From Fistulifera solaris (lineage: Eukaryota): a DNA stretch of 64,000 bases. This document shows, in pieces, positions 24,760 to 37,311 of the stretch; positions within the stretch are counted from its first letter, which is position 1; the number at the start of each line of letters is the position of its first letter. Below the pieces are notes generated by a model that was given only the letters and a program-made list of their open reading frames with translations, had not been told where the DNA came from and searched no databases. The stretch spans positions 1-64,000 of the forward strand of contig AP026176.1 in assembly GCA_030295235.1 (NCBI GenBank), in the 5' to 3' direction. A program made the position numbers and the translations under genes.

Positions 24760-25818
24760 CTAAGCCTGAGCGATTTCCTGCTTGCTGCCAGCATTGTGGA
24801 TTAACCGAAAGTTGCAGTCGTGGACGTGGGCAAAGTTGGCCGATCCACTGCTCTTCAACTTCTGGCAGAGTGCCTGTTCGAAAACACCATGCAGGAACAC
24901 CAATTTCTCGTTTGAAACGGCCACCGCGAGCCCATCATCATCGTTAGGACAGAGAAGGCAGTCGGGCTGCGTAATGGGAGTGACACTATCAATGACTTGG
25001 CTTCGCCGACGGCCATGACATCGTCATCGTTGGGGCACAAGCGGCAATCCGGCTGTGCCAAATGGGACGGCATATCCATATCAGCGACGGTGTGTAAGCT
25101 TCCGAGGCCGTATCCAACCGACAAGAAAGCTTCGTTGTAAGCCGAAATTACACTTTGGTCGACCAACGTCATGTCACTTTCCGAAAGCTCGTGAAGAGTT
25201 CCGCGGAAGGCAACTTGTGCATCGGTGTTTTCGGTCAACTTATTTTGGATCGGCCAACTGACACGGGGCTGCCCGGGCATATCCAGGAACGAGAACGAAC
25301 AGACGTGCGCATGAGCAAAGTTGGTAGAGCCCGACTCGCGTAAGAAGCCGCAGAGCGTGTTTTCGAAGCTGCTGTGGAATGCCGTGAGCTTCTGGGTACT
25401 TTTGAAGGCAGCAACAATATCATCATCGTTAGGGCACAAGCGGCAATCCGGTTGCGTCCATCCGACCGGAACATAACCGAGAGAATCACCTGGCCGTTGG
25501 TGTCCTTGAGAGCCATTTTATCGTCATCGTTGGGACAGAGACGGCAGTCCGGTTGATTCAAACCGACAAAGTCGGGCACAGCAGCAGCCGATACGGCCTT
25601 GAAGCTATCCATGGTGTATCCGGTCGTGTCGTACACTTGTTGTAAGCGGACTTGATAGCCTTGCCGATGAGGATCATGTCGTTAGACGTCGCTTCGTACT
25701 TTATACCATGAACAACAACGCGGACATCGGCACTGTCGGTCTTTTGACACCGAGAACTTGGTTGGCAGCAGCGCGGAGGTTGAAAGAAAGAGGTCAAGGC
25801 GAGGAAACCGAATTTCAT
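24760..25818 (-). CDS. Secreted orphan protein with two tandem domains and four DC(R/L)LCPNDDD motifs; frameshifted
   Basis: Hydrophobic start MKFGFLAL; internal duplication (SAYN...DCRLCPNDDD...DCxLCPNDDD...FE..LC..L..SGS.NFA..H.C). Confidence 0.75.
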
Positions 25819-26744
25819 CGTTGAATGAATGAAGGAGCTGGAGATATTTCTGCTGGTATTTTTGGGAAGCAACTGCAAATTGTGAGCTCAGTTCGACGAG
25901 AGTGAAACGACTTCAAGTTTGCAACGATGTCTATTTTAGACTTTTGCACACAAATGAAAAAAGATCCCATATGCTGATGATTTGTATTGAAGTGGACAAC
26001 TGTTTTGGAAGAAAGAAATAGGAGCATTGATGCTGATAAATCATTTTCATTGGACAGGAAATTTGCGCTGCTTGCGAACGAAATCAACGTCATTTACGAC
26101 CGATACATTGTAGTTTAGTGGCCAAGGGTACCATTTACTCATGGTACCTGGTACCAGATGAATCGCTGTATTTGATTGAACAAATTCTCGCAACTTTTTT
26201 TAAAAACCGGTCTTGATTATTTACTGAGGTTAAAAAAATTCACGAGGGGATGATGATGATCCACTTCCGCCGTTTTTAGGCTGGTTCTGTTAATGTTCCT
26301 TTTCTTTGCACTGCATAAAGCAATGTTCTCAGCAAGCAACCACCGACGCTCGTTGTTATTTTAACCTTCAAAAGGTTTCTCGATGCATTGCTTCGAATGT
26401 CTACGAAGAGTTTACGTAGCCGCACTAGGGAATTTATCTATGTAGGGGATACCCGGATATTGATGGTTTTGACGACGACTACAACGTCAAATTTCACGCA
26501 ATGAACAATGGAATGATGATGGACTAATGGTAGTCTAGTTAAAAGCTAAACTCTGGGTATTGTGAACAACATTCACCATTCCCTTACATGGAAAAGGAGG
26601 AATAGAGCATGGGTTCTTTACTGCGAAAAACACGACGATTTCACTTTCGCTTTCTTGCGCTAAACAAATTGAGTCTACAAATTGTGAGGGAGAAATAACG
26701 GGCATTTTGATGGTGAATTTGCTATTTGTTTTTTAACGTTGGCT

Positions 26745-29700
26745 CTAATCGGATTTCGTTCCGTATTTCGTGTGCGCAGCTTCTATCATGCCGGCGACGA
26801 CTTCCATACCTCTCGATTCCCACTCTTGTCGGTTCTTCTCGGCGTAATTCAAGTACTCGTCGCTGGAAACACCAAAGACGCCGCAGTCTTTCAATTTCTT
26901 TGCGAGAGGGATGATGTAAAAGTCGAAGAAACCGATCTCTCCCTTGTACCAGTTCTCAGAAGGATCAGTCGCAGACCTGCCTTGGATGTAGGCTCTGTAC
27001 ATTTCTTCGAACAACCTCTGGTTCCACTTTCTGTAAATGTGCCAGTGTTGCATCGTGTGAGCGACGTCAGAGGCCTGGATCAAGTGCTCAATGACAATGG
27101 TTGCCTTGCGGTCAACAGCGTCTTTCTCCGATTCTTCGACGTTGTTGCCACTAAACGCCCTTTCCCAGCGTTTGTTTCGGAGACACTTCAAATCCTTGTC
27201 CATGATATCAGTCGCCATGACGGAGTTGACGACGAGTTGACGGAACCTGATGCGATCACTCTCATTGGGGCATATGGCAAGCCACAGGTCACTAAAGTTT
27301 TATCCTGGAGCAACTCCCACGACAAATCGACCGAGTTTTGTTCGGCAACACTCTTGTCCTTGTAAAACCTGGCAAGTTGGGGATTTTCCTCGATGAGTTG
27401 TGTGTTCGGAACACCAGGATGGTCTACGTCATGAATCAAAGCCGAAAGGACACATGCAAACTGCGTGAGAGGGTCGGATGTGATCCCGTACGTGTAATCA
27501 TGCAAAGTAGATTCAAGATCGCTGTTCACGGCTTCCACATCGGGGGCCACAATGCGAGACAGGAGTTTGACCACGGACATTGTCACATGTGAAGCGTGCT
27601 CAAAATTGTGGAATGGATTGTTGTGATACATTGAGGCGATCGCGGCAACATATTCCTTCAATTGCGCTAAAACGACATCGCTGAGTTCCTCCTCTTTCAC
27701 TTCCGTCCCTGCGCCTCGCTTGAACACTGGCATGCGGATAATTTCTTGGACTTCTTCCAATGGAGTCGTTGTCAATTTGGTGAAGCTCAGCTGTCGGACC
27801 GATTCTTGAGTAGTCAACAGATCTTTGCGTCGGGCGATCACTTTCTTTAACATAGATGCGAGGACTTCCACAATCCACTTGACGAGGCGCTCTGTTTTTC
27901 TCCCATTACCTGAGTCATCAATTCAGAGGATGCTTCAGGGGCGTGGCCTCACCTAAGCCGCCGGAAGTTTCAGTTCGCTCGATGCCGTATCACTTCGAGT
28001 CCTGTTGGAGGCTTTGGTTGTGACAAGCCAGTAGGTTTGCAGCTCACCCTTCCCTTTAGCCACAACTTTTTCTTCACGCGGAGTCACCCAGTGTTCTTTA
28101 CCCGCCGCGATCAAAAGCCGTGCAGTTTCCTGTGAAATGTGAATTTTGCCAGGGAGCCCATTTGATTCCATTCTGCTAGCCGTGTTCATCGTATCGCCAA
28201 ACAATTGGAACCGCGAACGCTCACCGCGCAGCACACCGGCTGTCACCGGGCGCTGTGCAAATAGCGCGCATTTGAAGATCTGTTGTATCTGGACCGAGAA
28301 TCACCTCCAGCTTTTTCGTCAACGCATTCATCTTCTGCACGCAATCCACAGCAAAGCGGCACATTGCGACAGCGTGGTCCTTTCGAGGATCGGGTAGACC
28401 AGTAACAGCAACATAACAATCACCCACCGTCTCGACCTTGAAAACTCGACGAGCCTTGGCAATGTCATCCATGGCCTTGTAAATGGTTTCGAGCAAGATA
28501 AACACTTGAGTCGGCTCTCGCATGGAGCTCCAAGCGGTGAACCCTGCCAGATCTGCATTATTTGGGAAATTAAGAAACGGCGTGTTAGTGTCTACGGTCA
28601 GACTGCTGCTTATCTCGGTTCGTCGCCTCTCTTGACCTTGAGTGCTTACCTGCAAATAGCACTGTGGTTTCTGGAAATAAATCGGCGATGGGTTTTGTCT
28701 TGTACATGTACTCGTCGTTTTCGTCGTCCATTTCGTTATCGTCAGTTCCGCTTGACAAAAGGTCTTCAGGCGACTCTTACCATTGAGTGCTTTCTTTTCC
28801 TCACTCTCATTTTTGGCCTGGGCGAAAATGCGGTCGCAGACATTTGATGGGAACATTGAGGAAACGATTGCGTTGGTTCGGGTCATCGCAATTAACAACT
28901 TGCGGTTTCGTCGAACGACGAAAGTGTCGAACATGAGAAATGCAGTTATCATGAATATGAAGGCAAACACAAGCATGGTAGTGGTCTGGACTGCATTTTT
29001 CGAGCTGTACCGTTCTTCAAACTCTTTACTTGGGTAAACATGAAGATAATACAGACAGTGTCCTTCAACGGATGTCAATTCTTCCTCGGTGAATTCATCT
29101 GTGACCTGATAAAAGGAATTACGGTTTCCATGTGATCGTAATGGGCATCGTGCATGTCACCGATGCCTACGTATTTTACCTAAGACAGCATAATAGACAA
29201 AGCTTACAATGTGAGAAAATCAAGCCGTTGGGGGCAGCTGCTGTTACCCAATGAACATTGCACGTACCGATCGTCCTTCCACATTGTAGGTGAAAGACTG
29301 ATTACAGCTGTTCTTCAGAATCCCCGTGATTCCGGTAATGCCCTCGGGGAGCAAATTTACTAGGTTCGCATCCCAATAGAACAAAGAAAAACCTTGCCAA
29401 CAATTTTGGCGGTTTTCGGGTCAAACAAGTTATCGTATACTGGGTGAGCAAGGGCGCCGTATGGAGGAGCGTTTGCTAGATCAGGAGGTGGATCAAGCAC
29501 TCTCGACATTAAGGGCCTTCGGAACTTTTCAATTGCCTCGTTAGTTGCATTTGCTCCGAAAACGTAGGCGTCGACGTTGATGAAGTATGAGTCGAAAGAA
29601 GGAGGAGAGCCTTGCCAACGTGGGGAATATGGGCCCGGACCAGTTGGCATTCCTGGGAACGGGTTAACAATGGAGTAGTCGGTATCTGACAGGTTGAACA

Positions 29701-30379
29701 TATCGATTGTGAAGTTGTGTCCCGGCTCATCGAGATAAAGAGCAATCGAATCGTTGTACCACCCAATATTTTCGTTAGCGTAGGTCGCAAATGCATCATA
29801 CTCCTCACCACTAACAATGGGACACCAAGTGATATCAAATATACCTGACATTTCCCTAGCTTGGCGACCCACGACTTCAAACAAGTCAACCGTCACGAAC
29901 GGGTATGTTTCGTTCTTTTCGGTCGCAGATTTCATTACTTGCCCGGCAAGCATTTCACCTGCACTGAAGATGTCGCGAACCTGAGATTCGACGGCATTCT
30001 GAATGGCTGCTGCGTAAAATACATACTGCGGGACAATAGGGAGAGTTGTTGTGAGTAAGGAGGCGCTTATTATGATGAGGTAGTAGACCATTGCCCTCTT
30101 GAGTGAAGCAACACTTACGCTATCTTCGAATTCATCGACATCTTGAGCTTCTAAGAGACGGTAAGTGATAGTCGACACCACCACTGAAACTGCAATCAAA
30201 ATAAGCAAGGTAAAAATCCTCCATACTTGGACTTGTCTTGTCTCACGTTCAGTGATTTTCGCAACAGCTTCTTCTTCAGCCTTCTCCTGTTCAATGGCGT
30301 CCGCACTCTGCCGAGTTCCTCCGTCCGACGTCGACTCGCGATCATCAACGCTCCAAGAGTGGTCGTCCTCTTTGCTCAT
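26745..30379 (-). CDS. Membrane-anchored nucleotide cyclase (GC-type)-phosphodiesterase fusion; introns and frameshifts
   Basis: TM-extracellular domain-TM; cyclase motifs ADLAGFTAWSS, FKVETVGDCY and RFQLFGDTMNTASRMES; class I PDE motifs FHNFEHASHV, IHDVDHPG, MATDI, ASDVAH and EIGFFDF. Confidence 0.93.
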
Positions 30380-31069
30380 ATTGTTGCTGGTGTTTTGTTG
30401 TTGTTCTTGACGCTGCTCGGTCTATTTTATGGTATCTTCTGAAATTGTGGTGACTGCTTCGGCTGATTTGGCTCCGCCTTCAAGGTACCTTTTATGATTT
30501 TCTCTCCAATTCTCCGCAACATTGGGCCTTGTTGGGTAGACTAAGTCCCCTGTCAACACCAGTCAAAAATAAGCGGAAAGTGTGGCAGTTTTTTGTCGTC
30601 GGGCGTCGGGCAACCTGTTGGGAGTTGGGATCCTTTTGCTGGAGTCCGATCCAGGAGAGTAGAGAACTGATGGAACGTATCTATAAGTAAAAGTAGACCA
30701 GTAGAAATGGTGGAAGGCCATAGGTTAGTCATGAAGTAAGTAGTAAGTAGCTAAAAGGTACCGGTACGTGGTACAAATGGAAAGAGTAAACAGTTAATGA
30801 TATGGAGGCAAATGACTGTTGATTACTAGTCCCTAGTCAATGACGAAAATTTTCATGTTCCATGACCCATGACAATCTTTACCGCGGATCGATGATCCTC
30901 CATCCTTCATGCCTTTTGACTAGTACTTGTACAACATTTCCTAATATTTATTCCTAATTTCCTAATGTCAGAATGTAATCTTGACATTCGACAGAATTTT
31001 CCATTTTTCGTTTCATTTTTTCACATATATTTCAATCTGGCACTTCGCTTTTGTTGTTTGCCGTTTGCC

Positions 31070-32100
31070 GCTTTTGCTCTTAGCCGCTTGTTTCTCGTGT
31101 CATCGGTTTAACGGATTGTAGGGAAGCTAGAGCGACAAACGACAAACGACAAAGCTGAAACGACATTACAGTACCAGGTATTACAGATTAGGCCCTAATG
31201 CGAGCGGCGGCGAGACATAAAAGACAAGACGATAGCCCTGGGACTGGAAACGGCGTTAAAATTCTGCGTCTTCGTAGATACGTAGAATTTGGTACTGGAG
31301 AGCAGAATTTTGAATTTTAACGTCCTTTCCTGGGATCCATTGTACAGAGTACAGAGACTTCTATCGATCTAAAAACGCTCGCGGGGCGCGGGGCGCGGGG
31401 CACACCTAAATCCTAAATCTCACATCTCACTCAAATCTTGGTCCTGTGTCCTGTTTCGCGGCGAAGTGCGGATGATTAATGACCCAAATTTTCAGGATTT
31501 CGGATTTCAGATTTCAGTGGTCGAGTGTCGAGTGTCGAGTTCCGAGTTCTGGTGTTCCGAGTTCCGAGCCTACTACCTGGGTACTCTCTACTCTCTCTAC
31601 TCTCCTGGGACTGGGACCGTATGACGTACGAGTATGACCCAAGAGAGGCTCCGTGCTCCGTGCTCTATTCTCTAGAGATGGGTCTCGGTATAGTTCGACA
31701 CTCTCTAAAATAACAAATACGGAGTAACGAATATCGATATTCACGTAATAATAGCGTGTTAAAGTCATTTTTCCTAATATCGATATTTATCAATATTTGT
31801 ACGCCTGACAGACGGATTTGAGGCGTTTTACGCGAAAATGTCTGTATTTTGCGGGCGAAGACGATAATATTGATATTCGTAAAAATCCAAATATCGATAT
31901 TTGTCGGGTCTCGGTCTCGGTTCACCGGCCCTCGTTTCTCGGTTCGCAGTTCGCAGCTGAAATCAGAAATGCTGCACAAAATTTATGTCCGCTTTTAAAT
32001 TACTTCGGAAAATACTTGTAGCTAGGGACTATAGACTATAGAAGCAACGGGCAACAAGCAACAAGCAACAAGCACCAAGCAACGAGCGATGAAGCAATAG
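31070..32100. repeat. Field of unrelated short, mostly 7-bp, tandem duplications
   Basis: Examples: GACAAAC x3, CGCGGGG x3, CCTAAAT x2, GTCCTGT x2, GTCGAGT x3, CTACTCT x3, CTCCGTG x2, TTCGCAG x2, GACTATA x2, GCAACAA x3. Confidence 0.85.
31242..31330. repeat. Dispersed hairpin element, copy 2, carrying an extra GAATTTT
   Basis: GACTGGAAACGGCGTTAAAATTCTGC...GCAGAATTTTGAATTTTAACGTCCTTTCC. Confidence 0.85.
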
Positions 32101-32494
32101 GCAAAAATAGGCGATGCAATGAGTCAGTCTTAAGTCCTAACGATCGTTGCTTATGACTGACACAGTCACGACGAAATGAATGAATCATCGGGACGTTCAG
32201 CTTCCAGACAATCAAAACATGAAGACTAACAGGTCGCACGGCCGTTTTAACAAATGCGATTTTATACATGCAAAGCTACTGTTGGACTTGTTTATGTTCT
32301 ATTTTTTATTTTTTCAAGAAAAAAGCTGATTACCTGGAAGATGTGGGAATTAAGCCCTATTTGTTGCATCATACTTATGTGTACACCCTTTTCTACACTA
32401 AAATAATTTGTCGATCCACTATATACGATAATGTGACACCAAGCTTTAAGCCCTATCCTATATAGCGCGCAAGCCGAAAATTACATAGACACTA

Positions 32495-32617
32495 ACTTTC
32501 ATCAAAATCTGATGAAAGTGTACAACTTTATCATCATGCAACGGAAACTTTCATCAAAATTTGATGAAAGTGTACAACTGTCATCAAAATATGATGAAAG
32601 TGTATAACTTGTCATCA
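32495..32617. repeat. Three short repeats, each a hairpin TCATCA-AAATN-TGATGA followed by AAGTGTAYAAC
   Basis: Copies at 32495, 32547 and 32581. Confidence 0.8.
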
Positions 32618-33525
32618 CGAATGACTATTGATCAGTCACGAAAGAAAAATTCATCACAAAAATCATTAGAGTTAAAATCGTTCGTCGCTCTAGTCATCGC
32701 ACGGATGCTGCGTTTTGACTTTACGTGGCGTCAACCTTTCTTGCTAGCTGTTTTGATGTATCCCATCTATCCTGATTGATTTTGTCGTCTTCTTGATGAA
32801 TGTGCTTTTGAACGCTTCTTGTGAAAAAGCCATCAGGGTCTTAAGTCAGCTGCAAGTCTCGAATAAGGTGGGAGTATTCAATCGGCTGACGATCCGTAAC
32901 AAGCCTTGAATCGTCGAATTTTGGTTGGGAGTTTCGTGTTTCAAACCGAAAGCAAAAAAGGCCAGCCCTCGAGATTTCTTCGGGGGGTAAGAACCGTCAC
33001 CGTACCGGTACTCGGTACCTAGTAATAGTAATAGTGCATGAAATCACTCAAACAAGTGTCGTGTGGAGCGACAGAAGGACTAACGGGCACGCGGTTGCGG
33101 ACGTTAGACGGACCGGACGAGAAAGTACACCGCGCCACGCCACAGAAATCAAAGTACATTGATGATAAGAGTAGTGGATTCTATATATGCCAAATAGTTG
33201 TCTTGTTTCGACGGACTGACACACAAAAAAACATCGCCTTCGCCATCGCATGAGCGAGGAGCGAGAAACAACCCTTTGGCGATGGATCCTCTCGTGTGAT
33301 GTTTCCATTCTTTCTCTCTTCATTCGTTTCCTTTGACAATCCTATTGTTGTGATTTAAGCAGATCAACAAATTCTCTGGCAACGCAAACGAATATACGCA
33401 TTTAATATTATCGATTTCAGCTGAATTATTGACATCTGTGGCTATCGAGTGACTCCTCCCAGACAAACGCACACCTTCACACGCATCATCTCATTCTCTT
33501 AGCGTATTGTTGACATCACAAGAGA

Positions 33526-36500
33526 ATGAAATTCACATTCTACGTCGTTGAAGCACTCTCCGTCGTTAGTGCTGTGAGTGCATTTCATTCGTCGCTTTCA
33601 GTCAATCCCCACCATGCAAGACGACAGGCTTCTATTGTTACTCAACGTCAAATGATAGGAGGAAACTCGTATCTCGATTCTTTGCAATCTCCAAAAGATA
33701 ACGATGACCAACAGGAAAGCAGCAACAGCAGGAAAGAATACAGCAATTATCAGGATCCCTCTAGAGATCCGACGATTTTGAAAATTCGTCCTGAAGAGAC
33801 TTCGCCCATGTCAGCCGATCATACTCATTCACAAGATGAGCTTGCGTCGACAAACGTTCTAGCCGAGCTGGAGCAGGAAACGGAAATGAATCTTTTCATG
33901 AAACATCGATCGAGAAATTGCGACAACAATTTAAACCAATTATGGTCGGTGCTGAGAAAGAAGGAAGGGGATGACCACGACCATGATGAGTACCCCGCCG
34001 CCGTCATTCAACAACAACAACAATAATACCAATGGACCTCGCAATCCTCGATCGTTTGGTGGGGGCAACAATGGACCTAGTCGAAATAATAATGGACCGC
34101 CGCCGAATTGGGAACCGAGAGGAAACGCCAGTCCTTCTACGAATAACAATAGCAACAACAATGGACCGCCGCCGGGTTGGGAACCACGAGGCGGACCATC
34201 GCGAAATTTGAACAATGGTCCTCCGCCCGATGCACGACGACCCGATAACGTTGGTAATAATGGTATGCAGGGTGGCTGGAATCCAGAAGCAGGGCCCAAA
34301 GAGGAAGAGGTGGATCCTATGGCAGCCTATTTAGCAGCCGTAGGGCAAATGAAGCCTCCCTCAGCACCGGATACTCGTCGCAATGAAGGACCATTAACGA
34401 ATAATAATGCAAATTCACCGCGTGCTATGCAACCGCAAGGTATGCAAACTCCTCCTCCGCCTTCAATTCGAAACAATAACAATGATGGCCCTCCTCGTTC
34501 CTTCACTTCGTCGCCGCCGAATAATATGTCGGAATCTGGTCGACGACCCATGGAAATGCCACCGGCTCGAAATGACGCGCCTCCTCGTTCCTTCTCTGCT
34601 CCACAATCCAACAATGTACAAGCACGGCCCATGGAAATGCCACCAGCTCGTAACGATGGTCCACCACGTTCCTTCTCTTCGCCTCCGCCACCCGATACGA
34701 GTCGTAGGCCGATGGAAAGGCCCCGGCACGAAATGACGGCCCGCCTCGTTCTTTCTCCGCTCCACCAACAAATAATATGCCTGAATCAGCTCGAAGACCC
34801 ATGGAAATGCCTCCAGCTCGCAACGTTTCTCCGCCTCCAACAAACAACAATATGCCACCGCCCGACGCGACTCTACGGTCGATGGAAATGCCTCAATCAC
34901 GCAATATGCCGCCAGCATCGACTGGAAGGCCCACGGAGGCACGAAATGATGTTCAACCTCGCTCGTTCCCCCAGACACCTTCGGATACAGCGACTCGACG
35001 ACCCATGGAGATGCCACCGGCTCGAAGAGAAAGCTCAGCGAATCCCCATCTACTCCAGCAAGCTTCACACCACGACCTCCGACGGACAAGCCATTCTTTG
35101 CGACGGACAAGCTCGATATGCAAATTGACAATGCGGTTTCCAATGCAATGAATGCCGCTATGGGGGCCGATGGACGAAACAATTTGGATAAAAGCAACAA
35201 CTTGATTGAGAAAAGGCATTTTCTCAGGAGAGTTTGCTACAAGAAATAAAGGAGTCGAAGGAAAAGCTGTCTGGAGAATGGAATGATTTGATGAAATCCT
35301 TCGCAGAACCGTTTACATCTATTCTGCCAGCTCCAAAGCAATTTGAGCGGCCTCCCCACAAAGTATCAGGTCAAGGGCATGACGGAACGTATTATGAAAC
35401 GCATACCGGCTGAGCGACAAGCCTCGGGTGCTGGAGGTTCTTCTTCGTGGGAGGCTTTTCAACGAGCGGAAAAATTATGGACGCAGCTGAAGGAATTTCA
35501 GCCATTCACGTATGACGCGAAGTACATGGGAAGACCGGACCGTAATGGTAATCCTCCACCGCAAATGTTTGTTTACCAAGATATTGCCATGGGAAATCCA
35601 GCTTGTTGGTTGAAATTGCGGGAGCAGTATGGAAAAGAGCTTGATTTTGATGTTGTCGTATGTGGTGGGACGCTAGGTATTTTTTTCGCTACTGCATTAC
35701 AACTTCAAGGCCACAATGTATGTGTCGTAGAAGCAGGTGAATTGCGCGGGAGAGAACAGGAGTGGAACTTGAGCTTCGACGAGCTTTATGAACTTGTAGA
35801 AATGGGTGTTTTGACGGAACAAGATATTGATGACGCTATTCAGACTGACTTCCCTGGATGCCGATCTGGATTCAAGAACAAAGAAGTTACACCTTTGGAA
35901 GGAGGCTACATGGACAATCGGGTGGGGTTTGAGTGTTTTACGGAAGATGTGCTGAACCTCGGGGTTGCTCCGACCATATTGCTGCAACGCGCAGCCAAGA
36001 CATTTGTTAATAATGGCGGTGTCATTAAGGAGCGTACCCGTATGTCTGGAGTTGCCATCTCAGAACTGATTGGTGCGGCCGTAGATATTGGGGAAGATAA
36101 GGAGCCCATTACCGCTCGGTTGATTATCGATTGTATGGGAAACGGAAGCCCCATATCCAGACAACAACGTCACGGGCAGAAGCCGGATGGCGTGTGTGTC
36201 GTTGTTGGGTCCTGCGCGTCAGGATATGATGCGAAGACGAACGTGATCGGCGATTTAATCTACACGAATCAGGTTATTGCTGATAAGGGTCAAAATGGTA
36301 GACAGCAGTACTTTTGGGAAGCCTTCCCAGTCGGTATCGGTCGTAATGGCAAACAACCTGGAACAAGCGATGTAAAGACGACGTATATGTTCACTTACTT
36401 GGATGCTGATTCAACTAGACCCTCGTTGGAGTCTATCATGGAAGATTATTGGTCGTTGCTCCCTATTTATCAACCTTCGATTCAAAATCCCGACGAAGAC

Positions 36501-37181
36501 CTCGACTTTAAGAGAGTATTATTCGCTTACTTCCCGACATATCGCGACTCGCCCCTCAAACCTCAATGGAACCGCATTCTCGCCGTTGGGGACGCGTCAG
36601 AATACAAAAGTCCACTCAGTTTCGGTGGGTTCGGTGCGCTGACAAGACATCTTTCTCGAATCACCGGGGCTGTTAGTGAAGCTCTCGAGCTGGATTTGCT
36701 TCACAAAGATGACCTAGGTGCCATTAATCCGTACACACCAAATCTAAGTGCAACGTGGATGTTTCAAAAAGCGATGTCGGTCAAGCCTGGCCAGAAGACC
36801 GACGCCGATTTTGTCAATCGCCTTTTGGCAGTCAACTTCGAAGTTATGAATCAAATGGGAAAGCGGACCATTAAACCATTCCTACAGGATGTCGTGCGAT
36901 TTGATGGTTTGGTGAGCTCTCTTGGAAGATGTTTTATTGCTGATCCGACATTTATGCCCAAAATTGTTGCACACGTAGGTCTACCACAGCTCGTTGATTG
37001 GGTCGGCCATGTTTCGATGATGGGATTGTATACTGCTCTCCACAACGTTGGAACTCCCATTGTTAAACCTGTTGTACGAAAGTACGTCAAGGATGAACGG
37101 CAGCAATATTTGTGGAGACGCCGGATGGAAGCATGGGAATATGGCAGCGGAAGTGACTACGAGTTGCCCAAGGAGAATTAG
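33526..37181 (+). CDS. cruP: CruP/CruA-family FAD-dependent protein with plastid presequence and long Pro/Asn-rich repeat N-terminus (joined across frameshifts)
   Basis: DVVVCGGTLGIFFATALQ...LRGREQEWNLS, QYFWEAFP, TYMFTYLD and SPLSFGGFG are CruP/CruA-type motifs; N-terminus VSA-F; the join to the upstream ORFs is inferred. Confidence 0.75.
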
Positions 37182-37311
37182 GATCTTTTCAGCTTTATGT
37201 TTCTTGATAATGTGCGTTAAGTGTGTCTGCGTAGAACTATCTTTTTAATAATAATGCTATGTATATCATGGAATTCGGCCGTCATTACCGATTGCTTAGT
37301 TGCTGTATGTT

